Under the pieces are notes generated by a model. It worked only from the letters and a program-made list of their open reading frames with translations. It did no database searches and was not told the DNA's origin. Source: Camelus ferus (taxonomy: Eukaryota). Taken from it: a stretch of DNA of 64,000 nt. How positions within the stretch are numbered: the first letter of the stretch is position 1; every line of letters starts with the position of its first letter. The position numbers and the translations under genes were made by a program. Positions 36,171 through 49,453 of the stretch are shown here, piece by piece. Location of the stretch: positions 91,018,001 to 91,082,000 of the forward strand of contig NC_045697.1 of the NCBI RefSeq assembly GCF_009834535.1. The letters are read 5' to 3'.

Positions 36171-37711
36171 AATAAATCAGGCGAGTCAGAGCCTTGCTGT
36201 GTTATCTGAGGCACATCAGTCACCTCTCTGGGCCTCAGTTTCTTCATTTAGTTAAAAAATTTTATGATCATATAGATACATTTCTGCCACTCCCCTCCCT
36301 GACCCCTTCAATTCTTGGTTGCAGCTAGAGAGAGAAATACAATTTGCCTCAAAGGAAATCCAGACTCTGTTTTGCATCTAGCTCTTCTTTTGGTCTTGAC
36401 TTCATTTCTATAGGAGAGAATTGCTATTCTACAGGAAAGTCTCTGTTATAAGCAGAGATAATTCCCTTGGGGCAGCTAATCTCATTTGGCCAATCCTACT
36501 TGTTATAAAGAGGAGTTCATTATAACTTTCACAAGAAAAGATTTGAGAGAGAGTAATTCAGAGAAATGGAGACATTCTTCAAGTAGGAATTGTACCATTC
36601 CATGTTCTCAAGAAAAAATTTTAATCCACAGACCAGGGACATGTTTAAAAGGAGAGACAGTATGGTTCTGAGGATGAAGCACTAAATTGGCTGAGGGAAA
36701 TGCCTTTTTCCTGCTGATTTGCCACATGTTCCCTGAAAGTCATTTGGCCATTTTAGGCTTCTGTTTCTTTGGCAAAGTTGCTATGGTAAGGTGTGAAGAA
36801 TCACCTGTAAAACCCTCTGCAAATACTGGCTTCTGATCATCTCATTCAGCCTCAGGAAGTGAGATTCCTCAGCATCTTATCTGTCTGTAAGTAGGCCAGG
36901 GGTCCTGCAGCCCTGACCTCTACTTGCTGAGTAGCACTTTCTCACCTATGTGGTAATCTGAGCCAATTCCTGCAGTGTGGGGATCTGGGTGTGCAGGGAG
37001 CCTGCTCCAGGTAGGAAGGCTGCTGTTGAGTGGAGCAACACACTTCCCCCGGTTCTTGTCCTGTTTGGGCTCAACTGAGATTGTGCTCTTTGTGACAATG
37101 GTGACAGCAAACATGGCGAATGGGAAAAAGGTGTTGACTTTGTGCTGACTCATCATAATCAAATAGCTGACTTGTGAGATACTATGTGAAGGACTCTGCG
37201 TGTATTTGTAAAACTAGTTCTGTTTCAGCTGTTACAATAAACTTGAGACCAACTTTCTAATTCTTTATTTCCTCAAACAAAATCTATCCCTCTTCCCCTT
37301 TTCCCATGGATAGGTAAACATTGCATACAGTCATGGTCTAGTTTTTAGAAAAAAAAATATTCTAGCCTAAATTTCTTCTCCCATTCTTTTACAGTGTCTT
37401 TGTTTTCTGGCTTTTGTTCCATGTACTCCACAACTCACTCTTATCTCTGCTTCTGACCTTTATGAGAATGTCTCAAGACTCAAACTCCACTAGGTGAGAT
37501 CATTATTTCATAAATGTCTAGGCAATGTGCCTAGGAGGAGAGCAAATCTTTGCCCTGACATTGGAGAAGCTGAGCACAAACTGAGGTGGAGGGGCAGGAG
37601 ATTATGCCAGGAGGGAAGATTGGAGTCAGATTGAAATAAGTCCCCTATGTCATGTTGAAGAGGTTAGATTTTAAGCTGTAAACAACAGGAAGCTCACAGA
37701 AATTTTAAACA

Positions 37712-37714
<3 letters not shown>

Positions 37715-37745
<31 letters not shown>
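37715..37745. repeat. (CA)n microsatellite
   Basis: Read directly from the sequence. Confidence 0.95.
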
Positions 37746-37748
<3 letters not shown>

Positions 37749-40229
37749 TTCAAGATTCTTGTTTAATTAAGTTTACTCTATTATTCAATGCAAACATTTG
37801 ATAAGCATCAGTTTTCTGTTAGGCTCTGCAGTAGGTGCTTAGAGTACAAAGATGGGTAAAACATGGTTCTTCCTTTCAGTGAGGAGTCAGAACTACATCA
37901 TGACATATAACAACACTGGAGGAGTTTAGATTAAATGCTTAGTCTTCGTGCTAATAGAAGTTTTTAGACAGGAGAAGGAGAATTTTAAAAATTTAAATAA
38001 AAATAGCTCTGATATTGGTGTGTAGAGCATAGAAAGTGTTAACTGTAAATTTCCATTCAGTGTTGGTTGTCTTCATTGTTATGATGTCTCCCGCCAATTT
38101 TGGTCCTTTTGACATGTGAAACTTGGTATTCCACACTTTGGGAAATCCTACCCAGTGGATTTCTTTCTAGGATTTAGTAGCTAACACCCACTTGGACAGA
38201 AAAAACAATATGATGACACCAAGAGAAGTCAATTGGTGCAGGCCAGATTTGCTTTACCTACCATGAGTTCTTGCCTGTTTACAAATGTTCTGGGTAGGCG
38301 TAGATTATTTGGAGATTGTCCAGCTAAGTCTTCTTATGAATAAAAAATGTTGCTATAATTAAAATCTTTCAGGCCCAAGTTACACTTTTCCAATAATTCA
38401 CATGTGATTTATGCTTGGAGACATATATAATATCAAATTACCTAAGTGGGGAGGAGGAGAGAGGGAAAGAAAACTAAGCTCTGTTGTAAGGATCAGTTGT
38501 CAGAATATTGCTGACTTCATAAACCACTCGGGCTTTTTTTCCCAGGCAACAGTTGATGTATTTATAGCCTTGTAATTTGGTTACCTATCACTTAGCTTAT
38601 ATGTGAGTCACCCATGAAATATATGCACAGAGACCAGATGTACTAATTGCAAAGGTAGAGTGCAGGTGGGAGGGCCCTGTTAAGACCTCTGTTTAGCAAC
38701 AGTGGCAAATTGTGGGGAAAGGATCGTTTATCATTAAATGACATTAAGAATCAATGGCAGAGCTTTTAAGTCTGGCTTTAGAGAGCTAGTCAGCTTTGCT
38801 TTTGTCAAGCGGGGCTTCCTATCCAGTTTGCTGTGGCGCCCTTGTTTCATGGAGTGGTGGTTTCATGGAGAGGATAGCAGCAGGAAGGCTGGTTAAGGAA
38901 GGCTGCAGGAGAGGGAATAAATAGCTATTTGAGCAGAGTCATTTGTGGTAACTCAATTTTGCTTCAGAAGTGACATTCTGACATAGCTATCAGAAATTAC
39001 TTTTTATTTATTTTTAAGCCTCCACATTATTCTTTTCCTGGAACAATTTTCCATTCCAGACTCTACCTGGTGAAATCTTATCCATCTCTCAAAATCCGTT
39101 TCAAAAGTGACTTCCTCCCTGGAAACTCAGGTCTTACATTTTCTTTCAAGCATCTACTAGCACATTAAATTCAAACTGAAGGTATTATATTTAGGAGTAA
39201 GAAAAACTTTGAGTTAAAAGTGAACACATTGTCTGGTATCAAACAAAGGTATATTTAGAGTTATTTCATCAATGATTTCTAAAGCTTTCTTGTGTGACTT
39301 GTAAAATTGTGGTTTCCACCTAGCATTAAGAGGAATGAATTAGCTACATTCAGAACAGATGGCAGACTTTCTTCTCTCTGTGCTTGTCCTTACACAGAAA
39401 AAAAAAAAAAAAAAAAGAACCAGATGTTGGGGGATTTTCTTAAGCAAAGTTATGTATTCAAGAGCCACCTAGACCTGGAAAATTAATTCACTCTGCTCTG
39501 AATTTGGATGTAGTGTTTTATCTCTTGACTTAACTGTCTGAGTGGTCCATTTCAGCTATAGAGACCTACCTTCAAAATGTTTTGGCAGCAAAGGAACTCA
39601 AAGCCAGATTAATTATTAAACTACAGTGAGCCATAGTACTTCAAATCAGGCTCAATACAAAATAATGTTTTCATGCTGTTTTAAAGACTCACTCCAAGCC
39701 TCCTTTTGAAGGTTGAGTGACTGCTAAATACAACCAACAGAAACAGAGGGAAAATTCTTCCTCGGTGTTTGGTTACTCTTCCGTGGAGCTGGAGTCATAT
39801 CTGGGCGCAGGAAGAGTGAAGTCCCTGGTTTTGGTAACAGTGACTCAGGCTGCTGGTGATTACTGGGAGAGATCTGGAATTATGGCCAATGCCCAACTTC
39901 AGAGCTTTTGGATTGGAAAGATTAAGTCACATCCACTCAAACAAGTCATCCATTGTACCATCCTCCACCTGAATTCCTTCATTGTACACACAAAGACTTC
40001 ATTCAAACCTTAATGGCTGAAACCTGAGATGTCGTTCATTTATTCATTCATTCAAGAGAGAGTTGTTGAATGCATATTATATTCTGGGTACTGTGTGAGG
40101 TGGAAAGAAATAAATAGTATCTTTCCCTACCAGCCTCCTATCCTATCCAGGCTAGTGTGGAATGAGTTGTTCTTAGTGAGTTTATAGGAGGTCCTAGAGA
40201 TTAGCAGCTTTTTCTAAACTGCTCATGTA

Positions 40230-40800
40230 TCATTTTAAAAATAATTTTTTAAAAAATGTAAGTAATCCATGAACATGGTTTAAATTTAAAAAAATTAGAT
40301 AGTGTGGAAGAGTTAATACTGAGAAGTATCATTACTCCATCCCACTCCTCACTTCTCACAAGTCCCCTCCTTTACCCATTTCTACTTTTAGTTCTTTCGG
40401 TGTTACCCCCTTATCTCTAAAAACACACTTCCTATCAATTCTTGATTCATCTGCTGTAGACATCCTGCTATGGTAGATGAGAATTTAGTTCATTCATCAC
40501 CCGCATCTTTCTTCCTTTCTGTAATATAATTATATCACTATTTTTAGTTCTTCTAAAGGTTACTTTAGTAACTCAAAATAATGTACTTAAGCCTTTTTCT
40601 TGACCAATCCGCTATTGACTTAATCTCTTGACCATTCACTTTTTAATATGAGGATATTGATATCCCCACCCTTCCTGCCTTTTTTTTTTTTTAATACCTC
40701 CTTTACCTTCTAGCTCCTCTCAGTGGTAATTTTGCTTTCACAGTGTCAAGGTTGATAATATTTGCACTCTGTTCTGTAACAGAATTATCCTCAATAGTCA
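40230..40800 (-). mobile_element. Ancient HAL1/L1ME-like 3' region
   Basis: AAGTAATCCATGAACATGGTTTAAA tip and CTATGGTAGATGAGAATTTAG...ATAATTATATCACTATTTTTAGTT motifs that I associate with HAL1. Confidence 0.5.
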
Positions 40801-41583
40801 TTTAAAGTGATCCATTTAGGATTTTCTGAGGATTTATGTCAAGCTCAGTTGATCATCATTTCTGGAAAAGACCCCTCTTTGTAAATTGGGGCTGTATTCT
40901 GGCCTCCCTCCTGTAGACTGTGGTTCCTGAAAGGTTCTGAGCTCAAACCTAGAAGTCCTTTTACTAATTTTTATTACAGTATGTCTAGCTTAGAGTTTTG
41001 AGTTGAAGTTAACTCTGTGATCTTTCAGTATCTTCTCATCCAGTCTTCCTGTTTTCCCCTTTTTGTTTTTGTCCGGCTTTCCGCACTTGAAACCATCCCT
41101 GATGGAGGAGCATGCAGCTGCCTTCTGTTACCATCTCCTACCGTCTGTTGACACTGTGTCACATCCTTGGGGCTAGGCCTTCCTTTCCTTATTCTTCCTG
41201 TCTAAACAGAACTGTAGACATCCCTCATCCCACACTGCAGTTCTTTCCTGGTGAAGTGGAAGGCTCAGGTCAATTGTGTTGGGTTATCTTACTGGATTCA
41301 CGTCATGATAACTATAACACTATTCAAAAAATACTTTTTGATGTACAAAGTACTTTTCCTAAATTATCTCATTTAAACCTCATAACAACTTGAATTCAGA
41401 GAAGTCAAATAGCTTGATTGAAGTCACAGCTAATATGTGATAAAGCCAATCCAGCCCCTCAAATCTGGGACCTTTTCCCTTCCACCTGTACCACATGCTG
41501 CTGGTTCAAGTGCTCACCCTTGGAAAATTTCATAAGTAACCTAAATCCTTCTTGCTATAGTGTAAACTGATTTCTTCTCCCCA

Positions 41584-41901
41584 ACCCCAGCTTTATTAAG
41601 GCATAATTGACATATAATATTGCATAAGTTTAAGGTGTATATAACATGTTGATTTGATACACTTACGTATTACAAAATGATTACTACCATAGCATTAGTG
41701 AACACCTCTACCCCATCACCTAATTACCATTTCTTTTATGTACGTAGTCATAATATGAAGATCTATTGTCTTAGCAACTTTCAAGTATATAGTACAATAT
41801 TATTAGCTATAATCACTATGCTGTACATTAGATTCCTAGCACTTGTTACTCTTATAACTGGAAATTTATACCCTTTGACCATTATTTCCCCCACTACCCA
41901 C
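41584..41901 (-). mobile_element. L1MA-type 3' fragment
   Basis: CAGCTTTATTAAGGCATAATTGACATATAA...CTTAGCAACTTTCAAGTATATAGTACA...ATGCTGTACATTAGAT...TACCCTTTGACC. Confidence 0.85.
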
Positions 41902-42126
41902 CTCTATTCTCTGTTCTTTCTGATGAATCAGTTTCTTTTTTGTTCTACCTTCAATGAATTTAAAAATGGATATTCAATCACCCCTAAATTAAAAGATTAT
42001 TCCATGATACATGATTATGTATTGCATGGCAGCCACATGCAGTATTAAGGTCATAGGGTCACAGGGTCTGAGGAGAAACATTGAAAGAGATTGACAAGTT
42101 TCAGAGAGGCTTAAACTACACAATTA

Positions 42127-42594
42127 TGTTACTGAACCAAACTTGGGTCTTCAGTAAAGCCAATCTACTGACACCAGGTTGTGGTGAAGGAAAGTGCAGG
42201 GCTTATTACAAGGTACCAAACAAGGAGTTCAGGACAGTCAGTGCTCAAAAAACCTGAACTCCCTAATGGGTTTCAGCAAAGCATGTTTAATGGCCAGGTG
42301 AGGGGGGTGGTCACAGGGTATGTGATCAGCATGTGTACAATTCTCTGATTGGTTGATGGTGAGGTAACAGGGCAGTGTCATGAGGCTGACGTTATCAGTC
42401 CTTCGGCTCCAGTAGGCCTGGGGGCTATGTTATCATGGTCACATAGTTAATCTCTTGGTGGGGGTTTTAGCGTCTGTAAAGCAACTCAGGAAATGTGCAT
42501 CAGATACTGTAATCTAGATACTTCAGAGAGGAGCTAAAAACAGAGGATATGGGGTAGGGATCTGTCCCAGGAAGGCTCCACAGGGTCAATTTCA
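42127..42594 (-). mobile_element. ERV1-class solo LTR (laurasiatherian type)
   Basis: TG...CA termini, AAAGCCAATCTACTGACACCAGGTTGTGGTGAAGGAAAGT, and an inverse CCAAT box TCTGATTGGTT. Confidence 0.7.
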
Positions 42595-42613
42595 TATCTC
42601 ATTTTAAAGCAAA

Positions 42614-42616
<3 letters not shown>

Positions 42617-42651
<35 letters not shown>

Positions 42652-42677
42652 CTGTCTGTCTGTCTGTGTGTCTGTGT
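42617..42677. repeat. (TG)n followed by (TCTG)n microsatellite
   Basis: Read directly from the sequence. Confidence 0.93.
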
Positions 42678-44263
42678 TTGGATGACATGATAGCCCCTTG
42701 ATTGTTCCTTCTTCCACTTCTATCCAACATGATGAAACATTTTCAACCTCTAAAGTATAAAACTACAAAGAAGGATGTAAAATTGCAAATCTAGGTGTTC
42801 ACAGGTATCATAAGCTCCTGGAGGAAATATCAAAATATTTTCTATTTCTGTTCCGCTCATGTTATCACCCACATGGCACCTTCTCTCAACCCTGTCTTCA
42901 GCAATGTGTTCTTTCTTGGCATGAGAAATGAGGACTAGGTCTGTGACTCTAAAATGGACAGGAACTTTTGTCTGTACTTAGATGAAGTATTGGAGCCATG
43001 GCCAGGGCTTAAGCTAAGAGGGTTATGGGAGAAATGGCTGGCAGGTGCAAAGAAGCTAAGGCAAGTCCTAGAACATGTAGGCTTGGGGAGCAGAGAGCCC
43101 CTTAGCCTGGAGGTAGAGGAAAAGTCCTAATCTATAGTTTCAAAAACTGAAAGAAATAAATCAGTCCCTTTTATCAGGAGTCAGCCTAAATTTATGCCTC
43201 TAATGCCACCCCTAAAGAAGACCGTTTTTGTTCTTGGAGTCTTGAGTTGATTTGTTTATACAGTAAGAGAGATGGCTCTTTTATGCAAACTTCCTTGACA
43301 CCTTATCTGTTGTGCCTCCAAATGGGTTTGCTCCTCTTTGAGGAGTTCAGGGTTTCATTTCACCTTAATTTAGAGCAAGTAGATTACCTGGTATCATTGT
43401 GCTTCTCTTCATTATAGTTTCCCTCGTAAGGGATTTTGCATCCCTGGGCTGGAGGGGGATTGGGAAGAGCCTTGAGGATTGTCTTTGACAAGCTTCGATC
43501 TTCTCCACAGAGGAAAATATGATCTACCTTGGTGCTCATTTTTTTGAAGTCTGAATCAACATTTTTAGGTCGTAACTGACTTTGTGGGTTACAGAAACAA
43601 GATTTGACTTGTTTCATTCAAAATTAGAATGTTTCAGATCATGTCTGATGAAGAAAACATTCAAAATACGCACCCCAATGTAGAAATTGCTTCAGTCCAA
43701 GTGTTAATTGATGGATTCATTCATTCCATTTGACCAGTATTTGTTGAATGCCTAATAGTAGGCACTGAGTCCTCTAAACAGGAGTTTTTAAAAAATGGCC
43801 AATCTGGTATGTTTGCAAAGTGTAGGTTTGCTCATTTAGGTGGACCACTTCACAGCATGTGATTATTTTGATCTATCGCTACGTGTCCTACATCCCAAAA
43901 GAGACTGAAATGGATTGGCCTGTGTTTCCCACACTGGCAGTTTGGAAGTACTACAGATACTGTTCATTGTTAAGTCTGAAGTATCAAAGAGAAATTTTTC
44001 TATTTAGAATTTAATCAACCAATCTTTATTTCTTCTGGAAGAGCTAAATATATTTTATACTGTACACTTCTAGAGTCCCCCCTTTCTGAAAACAAAACAA
44101 TACAAAATCCTGCTCTTTATTAATTAGCATGATAATCTTTTCAAAGGTGACCAGGACATTGTTTTAGGTTAGTTCCTATTTAATGTAGTTTCCATTCAGG
44201 AGTGTTTATTTTGTGATGTGACTTCTGCCCATTTCTCAATAGAAGCCCAAATGAGAATTCAAA

Positions 44264-44313
44264 GTGTGTGTGTGTGTGTGCGTGTGCGTGCGTGTGCGTG
44301 TGCGTGTGTGTGT
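44264..44313. repeat. (TG)n with interspersed CG dinucleotides
   Basis: Read directly; purine-pyrimidine alternation is uninterrupted. Confidence 0.93.
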
Positions 44314-44954
44314 TGGTGATGGTGGGGGATGGGGGCACCCATTACTTTTCAATGCATCAGTATAACTCCTTATTCTTATTCATTATTATTCACTTGATTC
44401 CTCTTACAATATGAATAGAAGGAGAAAAACATTTATAGATCACTTGAAACATTTTACTAGAAGAAAGGGAACAAATTAGCCCACTTGAATCACAAGCTTT
44501 GCAAAGTAGAATGAGCAGAAGTTATATTTAATCTTTCATCAAAGACTTTATTTGAAATTACTAATATACAGTTCCACTCAGAACAGTGCTAAATGAGTTA
44601 TTAGAACATTTAAACAAGATCATCATTGTTTTTATTAGCAGCATTATTCCTTACTCCTTTTGTTAGAAAAACACCCTGCAGTGTGTGCAGATCTGTTTAA
44701 TTGCAATGCTTTTACATTTTCCCTCAGATGTAGTTGACTTATTTTATAAATATTTCAAGTGCATAATTGCTATTTTGCTTTAATGAAAATCACAAATGTA
44801 TTTAGATAATCTAAGGGGTTAGAATCCATTTACTCCTGTGTCATGTTTATAGGAGAGGTAACTATGACTGGTTGACTTTATGGACTATGATCCTAGGGAA
44901 GATCTCTCACCACCACAGCCCCCTTTTGTACATTTTTAGAATGAACAGGTAAGG

Positions 44955-45185
44955 GATGTAGTGAAAGCTGTACCATCAGACAGACTTGGACTCCAGGCTC
45001 AGTTCTTTTACTTAACAGTCGGGTGAACTTGGGCAAGTTCTTTATCTTCTTTCAGGCTCCTGAGTGTTTTGTAGAAATAATTGAATATAATACCAAACTT
45101 CATAGACTAATATGAAGATGAATAGATAATATTAGGCACCTAACATAGAGCCAGGCAAACAGTTAATACTCAGTAAATGTTAATT
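44955..45185 (+). mobile_element. MIR SINE
   Basis: TCAGACAGACTTGG...GTGAACTTGGGCAAGTT...TACTCAGTAAATGTTA. Confidence 0.7.
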
Positions 45186-47509
45186 TCCTTCCCTGTTGGC
45201 TGCTTTTGATTGACAGAAGAAGCTTGCTAAGGAGAGCCTTGAGGTTCTGATCCTAGTCATCAGAGATTTATCTGCTTTTTAAAAAATTATTGGGATTAAG
45301 AAGCCCTGACTTAAGGTAGGACCATCCCTTCTGTATGCTGGGCAGAGAAGTATATTTTTATCCTCATCCGTTCTCATCTTTGTGGTTCAACAATGATCAC
45401 AATAGCAAATGTGAAGATATAATGGTCATCTGGAGAAAAGAGGAGCAAATGTAGAATCTGGGCTTGGCTAAGGGTGCTGGGAAGTTTGCATGAGTTGGAC
45501 TATCTGGGAATCCAGAAAAGCAGATGTCTTTGCAAGGATGTGCCAGGTGGTAATGGAGGGGACAGGGGCAGGGAGACAGACAAGGATATGGTCCTCCTAA
45601 CTGGGGCAGAGGCAGCTATGTGCATCTTCAAAGAATCCATCCCACAGCCAGTGATTGTTATTTACTCCTAGAAAATATCTGGGAAATTATCCATGCTCTA
45701 GTCACTTAACCTTGCAGCTCTGTGCCCACACAATGCTCACTGACACTTTGAAATGAAACTGATGCTTCAATTAATGGCATAGTCAAGTGACTTCCCATAC
45801 AGACATTATCTTTTTTAAGGCCTTGTGCTGGAGAAGATAAGTTGCAGGCATGAGCTCACATGGCTTCCCTGTGCTGCTGTCCTGCTGTGGGCACAAGAGT
45901 AGCCTTGTCTTGAAATCACAGCCTTGAAAATGTGCAGTGTGTAGTGCTTTCTCTGATATTGTTGCCCAGAGAATGATGTATTTAACTTTGTTATTATTTG
46001 TCCCATATACAACTTCCCTGGGTCAATTTTCAGCCCACCTTAGAGGTGCGATGGAAACTGAAGCAGCAAGGCTAAATCTTCACTGACCACCGGTCACTTT
46101 GAGGCCTAGAGACCGGAGGCTGACCTGGGGATTTCTACCCATTCCAGACTGAGCTTATGAGGTCACCAGGCCTTCCTGGGAGTGGAAAGCTTTTTTGCAC
46201 CTCTCACAGAGCCCTGGGCAATGTCTTAACCACAAAAGTAATTGCTTAATAAATACTTCTTGGATGAATAAAAGTTTCTTTGGGACAGGTTCTTTTCGTA
46301 TTTACCACTCATCAGCTGTGCTCTTCATTGTCATCACTGCCAATATCATTATTGTAACTGTCATCAGTAAGTAAGAAACATCTGTCAAGCACTATGCAAG
46401 GTATGATGCAAAGAAAAATCAAAGACATAATCTAAGAATTTTTGGGGGGCAGAGACCAAGTCTTAACTGGTTTTTCATTCCTAGAGCCTAGCACAGTGCC
46501 TGTCACACAGTGGAGGCATGGCAGGTTGTTGAAGGCTATGTGGAGGAGTGAATGTGTGATAAGAACAGATGGGTAAAAAGGTTGCGATAGCCGAAGACGT
46601 ATTTTCAGCTTTCCCATTCCTATTTTTCTTTCTTTTTATCAAGCCACCTCCCACCCCACACCTGGAAGAACTCTGTTTCTGTCTAGTTTGGGAAAGGAAT
46701 GCATACTGCATCTCAGTGCTCTTACTTGGATCTATTAAGGTGAGCACAGAATGTAGTGCTGCTGTAAAGTTAGGATCTTGGCTGCCTTGAAATTTACAGA
46801 GAGAAGAAGTCTTTCGAATACTAGAAATAGATCAATATCCTGCTTCTGTCTTTTCTCTGTGCTTAGAACACCCACTGAAGTCAGGAGGAGCTGAGAGTGT
46901 GTGTGGGAACAGTGGAATGGGGGTCTTTATCTGTTAATTTGAGTTTCATTCTGTCATTTCACTCTGTAAGTTGATTCTGAAAAATGAATGCATTTATAAG
47001 GCTATTAATAACCATATTTCTCCCATAATCATTTTGATTAAGTCGTTGGTACTGCCAGGTGCCTGCAGCTTCCATCACAAAGCTCTGAACAATTTTGCTT
47101 TACCATTTGACTACACTGAGATACTCTCATTGACTATGCCAGAGTAGTTGCTGCTGATTTTTCCCTTCTTCTGTCAGTCGATTTACATTCATTCTGAAAA
47201 CAGAGAGTAAAGTTTAAAATAATATTCTAAGTCGTAAAAGTCATTCTTCAGTTATGGAACAATAAGTCAGCTTTCCTTTTATTAAACTATTCCCAAAGAA
47301 GGTTTTATGGTCAAAGTGTCACAGCTGGTTTTTTCCATGTTTTCTCTTTTTCCATCCTGAGTGTCTCATGGCCCAATCATTCAGCGCAGCCTGCAATTCC
47401 TGACACTTTATTCCCCGCATTGTATTTACTGCAACAACATCCCACATCTCCACAGATTAACTGCTCCTTGCCCTCTCTGCCCTCCCAATATTCCGGTTTA
47501 CAATAGGCA

Positions 47510-47740
47510 GTGCCACAGAGCAGATCTGAGTACAGGCCTTGGAGAAAGACTGCCTAGTTTTGGGGCCCAGTCCTGCCATTAACTAGCTCTGGGGCATAGG
47601 AAAATGAACAACCTCACCAAGCTTTTGTTTCTTCATCTTAAAATTAGAATTATAATAGTATCTACCTCCTGGATTGGTGATGAAGATGAAAAATTCCTTG
47701 GTACATTAAAAGCACTTATTGGAAGGTAGCTTTATTATTA
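47510..47740 (+). mobile_element. MIR SINE
   Basis: TGCCATTAACTAGCT...TTCTTCATCTTAAAATTAGAATTATAATAGTATCTACCTC. Confidence 0.65.
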
Positions 47741-48308
47741 TGAAAAGAGAAAAGCAGTCCCCAAAATCCAGGAGCTGGACAGACACGGAGGGGTCTTGGT
47801 GCTCTCCTGTTGAACATAAACAGTCTCACAAAACAAGAACATCGGACAAGGCCACTCTGTGACCATGGAGGATTAAGGGGAAGAAAAACCCCAAAACAAG
47901 GCCACTATGTAACCATGTTTGAACCCAGACAAAATATGGACACTGTGCGATCCACGAACCTGACCAAACATTTCTTTATTCAGCCTATTATGACTGTGGA
48001 TTCTTTACCAATTACAGCTTTAGCCTGGCTCTAGTCTTCCCTCTTTCTAGATAAGATTTATTAAGATACTTAGTCATAGAAGTACTCCCACTACCTGATA
48101 GCATCCAATCCAGAGCAAAGCCTGCTTCTTTAAACCTTCCGCAAATCATCCAGCAGAACCCAAATTCTATAAGTCCTTTTAACACGTTCTTATGAGACAC
48201 CCTGTGATTCCTCAATGAGTGTGCTTTCCCTTGCTGCAGAATGCTATAATCCCAGCATATTCAACTACAGGTGTGTTTCTAGTGGTCTCTGGCTGGAGGG
48301 CATTGACA
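47741..48308 (+). mobile_element. ERV1-class solo LTR, MER90-like
   Basis: TG start and GTGGTCTCTGGCTGGAGGGCATTGACA end. An internal repeat ACAAGGCCACT(C/A)TGT(G/A)ACCATG occurs twice, plus CCTGATAGCATCCAATCCAGAGCAAAG. Confidence 0.7.
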
Positions 48309-49346
48309 CTGTTATTCCTTTTGATAACCAAAAGTGACAGGATTTAAGTGCATATACCTTAGAGCAATGGAAATGACTTTTGAGGACCTTGGACAAATTA
48401 AAATCTCTGTTAGTTTTCTCATTTGTTAAAATTAGGGGGTTGGGCATGTGAATTCTGTAGTCCTTTTCAGGACCAGCATGCTGTGGTATCTGTCTCAGAC
48501 ACATACCAACATTAGGAGTGCCATGGAACCAAAATAATTAACATGGGAACATTCTCAAACTTCCTGTCTTTCCTAGGCTGCCAAAGAGAATCCTGTAATT
48601 ACCAGGCCAATTTCTCTCCTCTTCCCACCGCTTTATGAAAAAGCTCTGTCTTATGGGAGATAGGCTAATATGCTAGGAGTAGAGGGAGGAGAAAAAGGAA
48701 AGAAAACCACACAGGCTGGGAATGGAGGAGGAGGTTTTCTGGGGATTACAGAGGTTGGTGGAGAGAGTTAAACATCTGAAGGAAGTAGATGAGAGAAATC
48801 AGGGAAGAGAGGAAAGTATTGTGTAAATAATGTATGTGGATACTCTTTATTGCCTTCTAAAAAGAAGCTAGTAAATAAAAGTAAATAATTTCGGTTGTTG
48901 AACTGTGCTTCCTGAAGGGAATGCTAATCAAAACCCGAACCACGTGGGCCTCTGAGTTAATCAGGATTTCAGCAATACATTTCTTATATAATCAGAGACC
49001 TCACAAAAGGGGAGGTCTCTTTCTCCTGGAGGGCTTGTCGTTTTATAGTTAGTAAAGGGAGGAATAAGCTTTTTCTCCAGACATTTCCAGCAGGACCCAG
49101 GATTTAACCACACACAGCGCTCCTGATCTCTAATCAGGAAGGACTTGTGGAGTCCAGCCCTTTTGTGGGTGAGAGAAAGAGAATATGCTTAAACGGAGCT
49201 GGGTGGAAGAGGCAGAAATCAGTGTCATTAGTCGAAAGTGAGATAATTAGTTATCTTCCTGGCAAGGGGTCCACAAGGCTTAGTTAATCAGAGCTTTTAA
49301 TTTGCATGGAAACTCAAAGAAGCGAGTCTTTGTCAGATCCAAGTAG

Positions 49347-49453
49347 TAGGGTGACCAGCCATTCTGGTTTGCCCATGATTGCGGGGTTTCCAGGGGTGTG
49401 GAACTTCCCGTGCTAAAACCGGGACATTCCTTGGCAAAACTGTGATCACCGTA
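49347..49453. mobile_element. MER81-like hAT-Blackjack MITE
   Basis: Terminal inverted repeats TAGGGTGA...TCACCGTA, with internal GTGCTAAAACCGGGACA. Confidence 0.8.
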
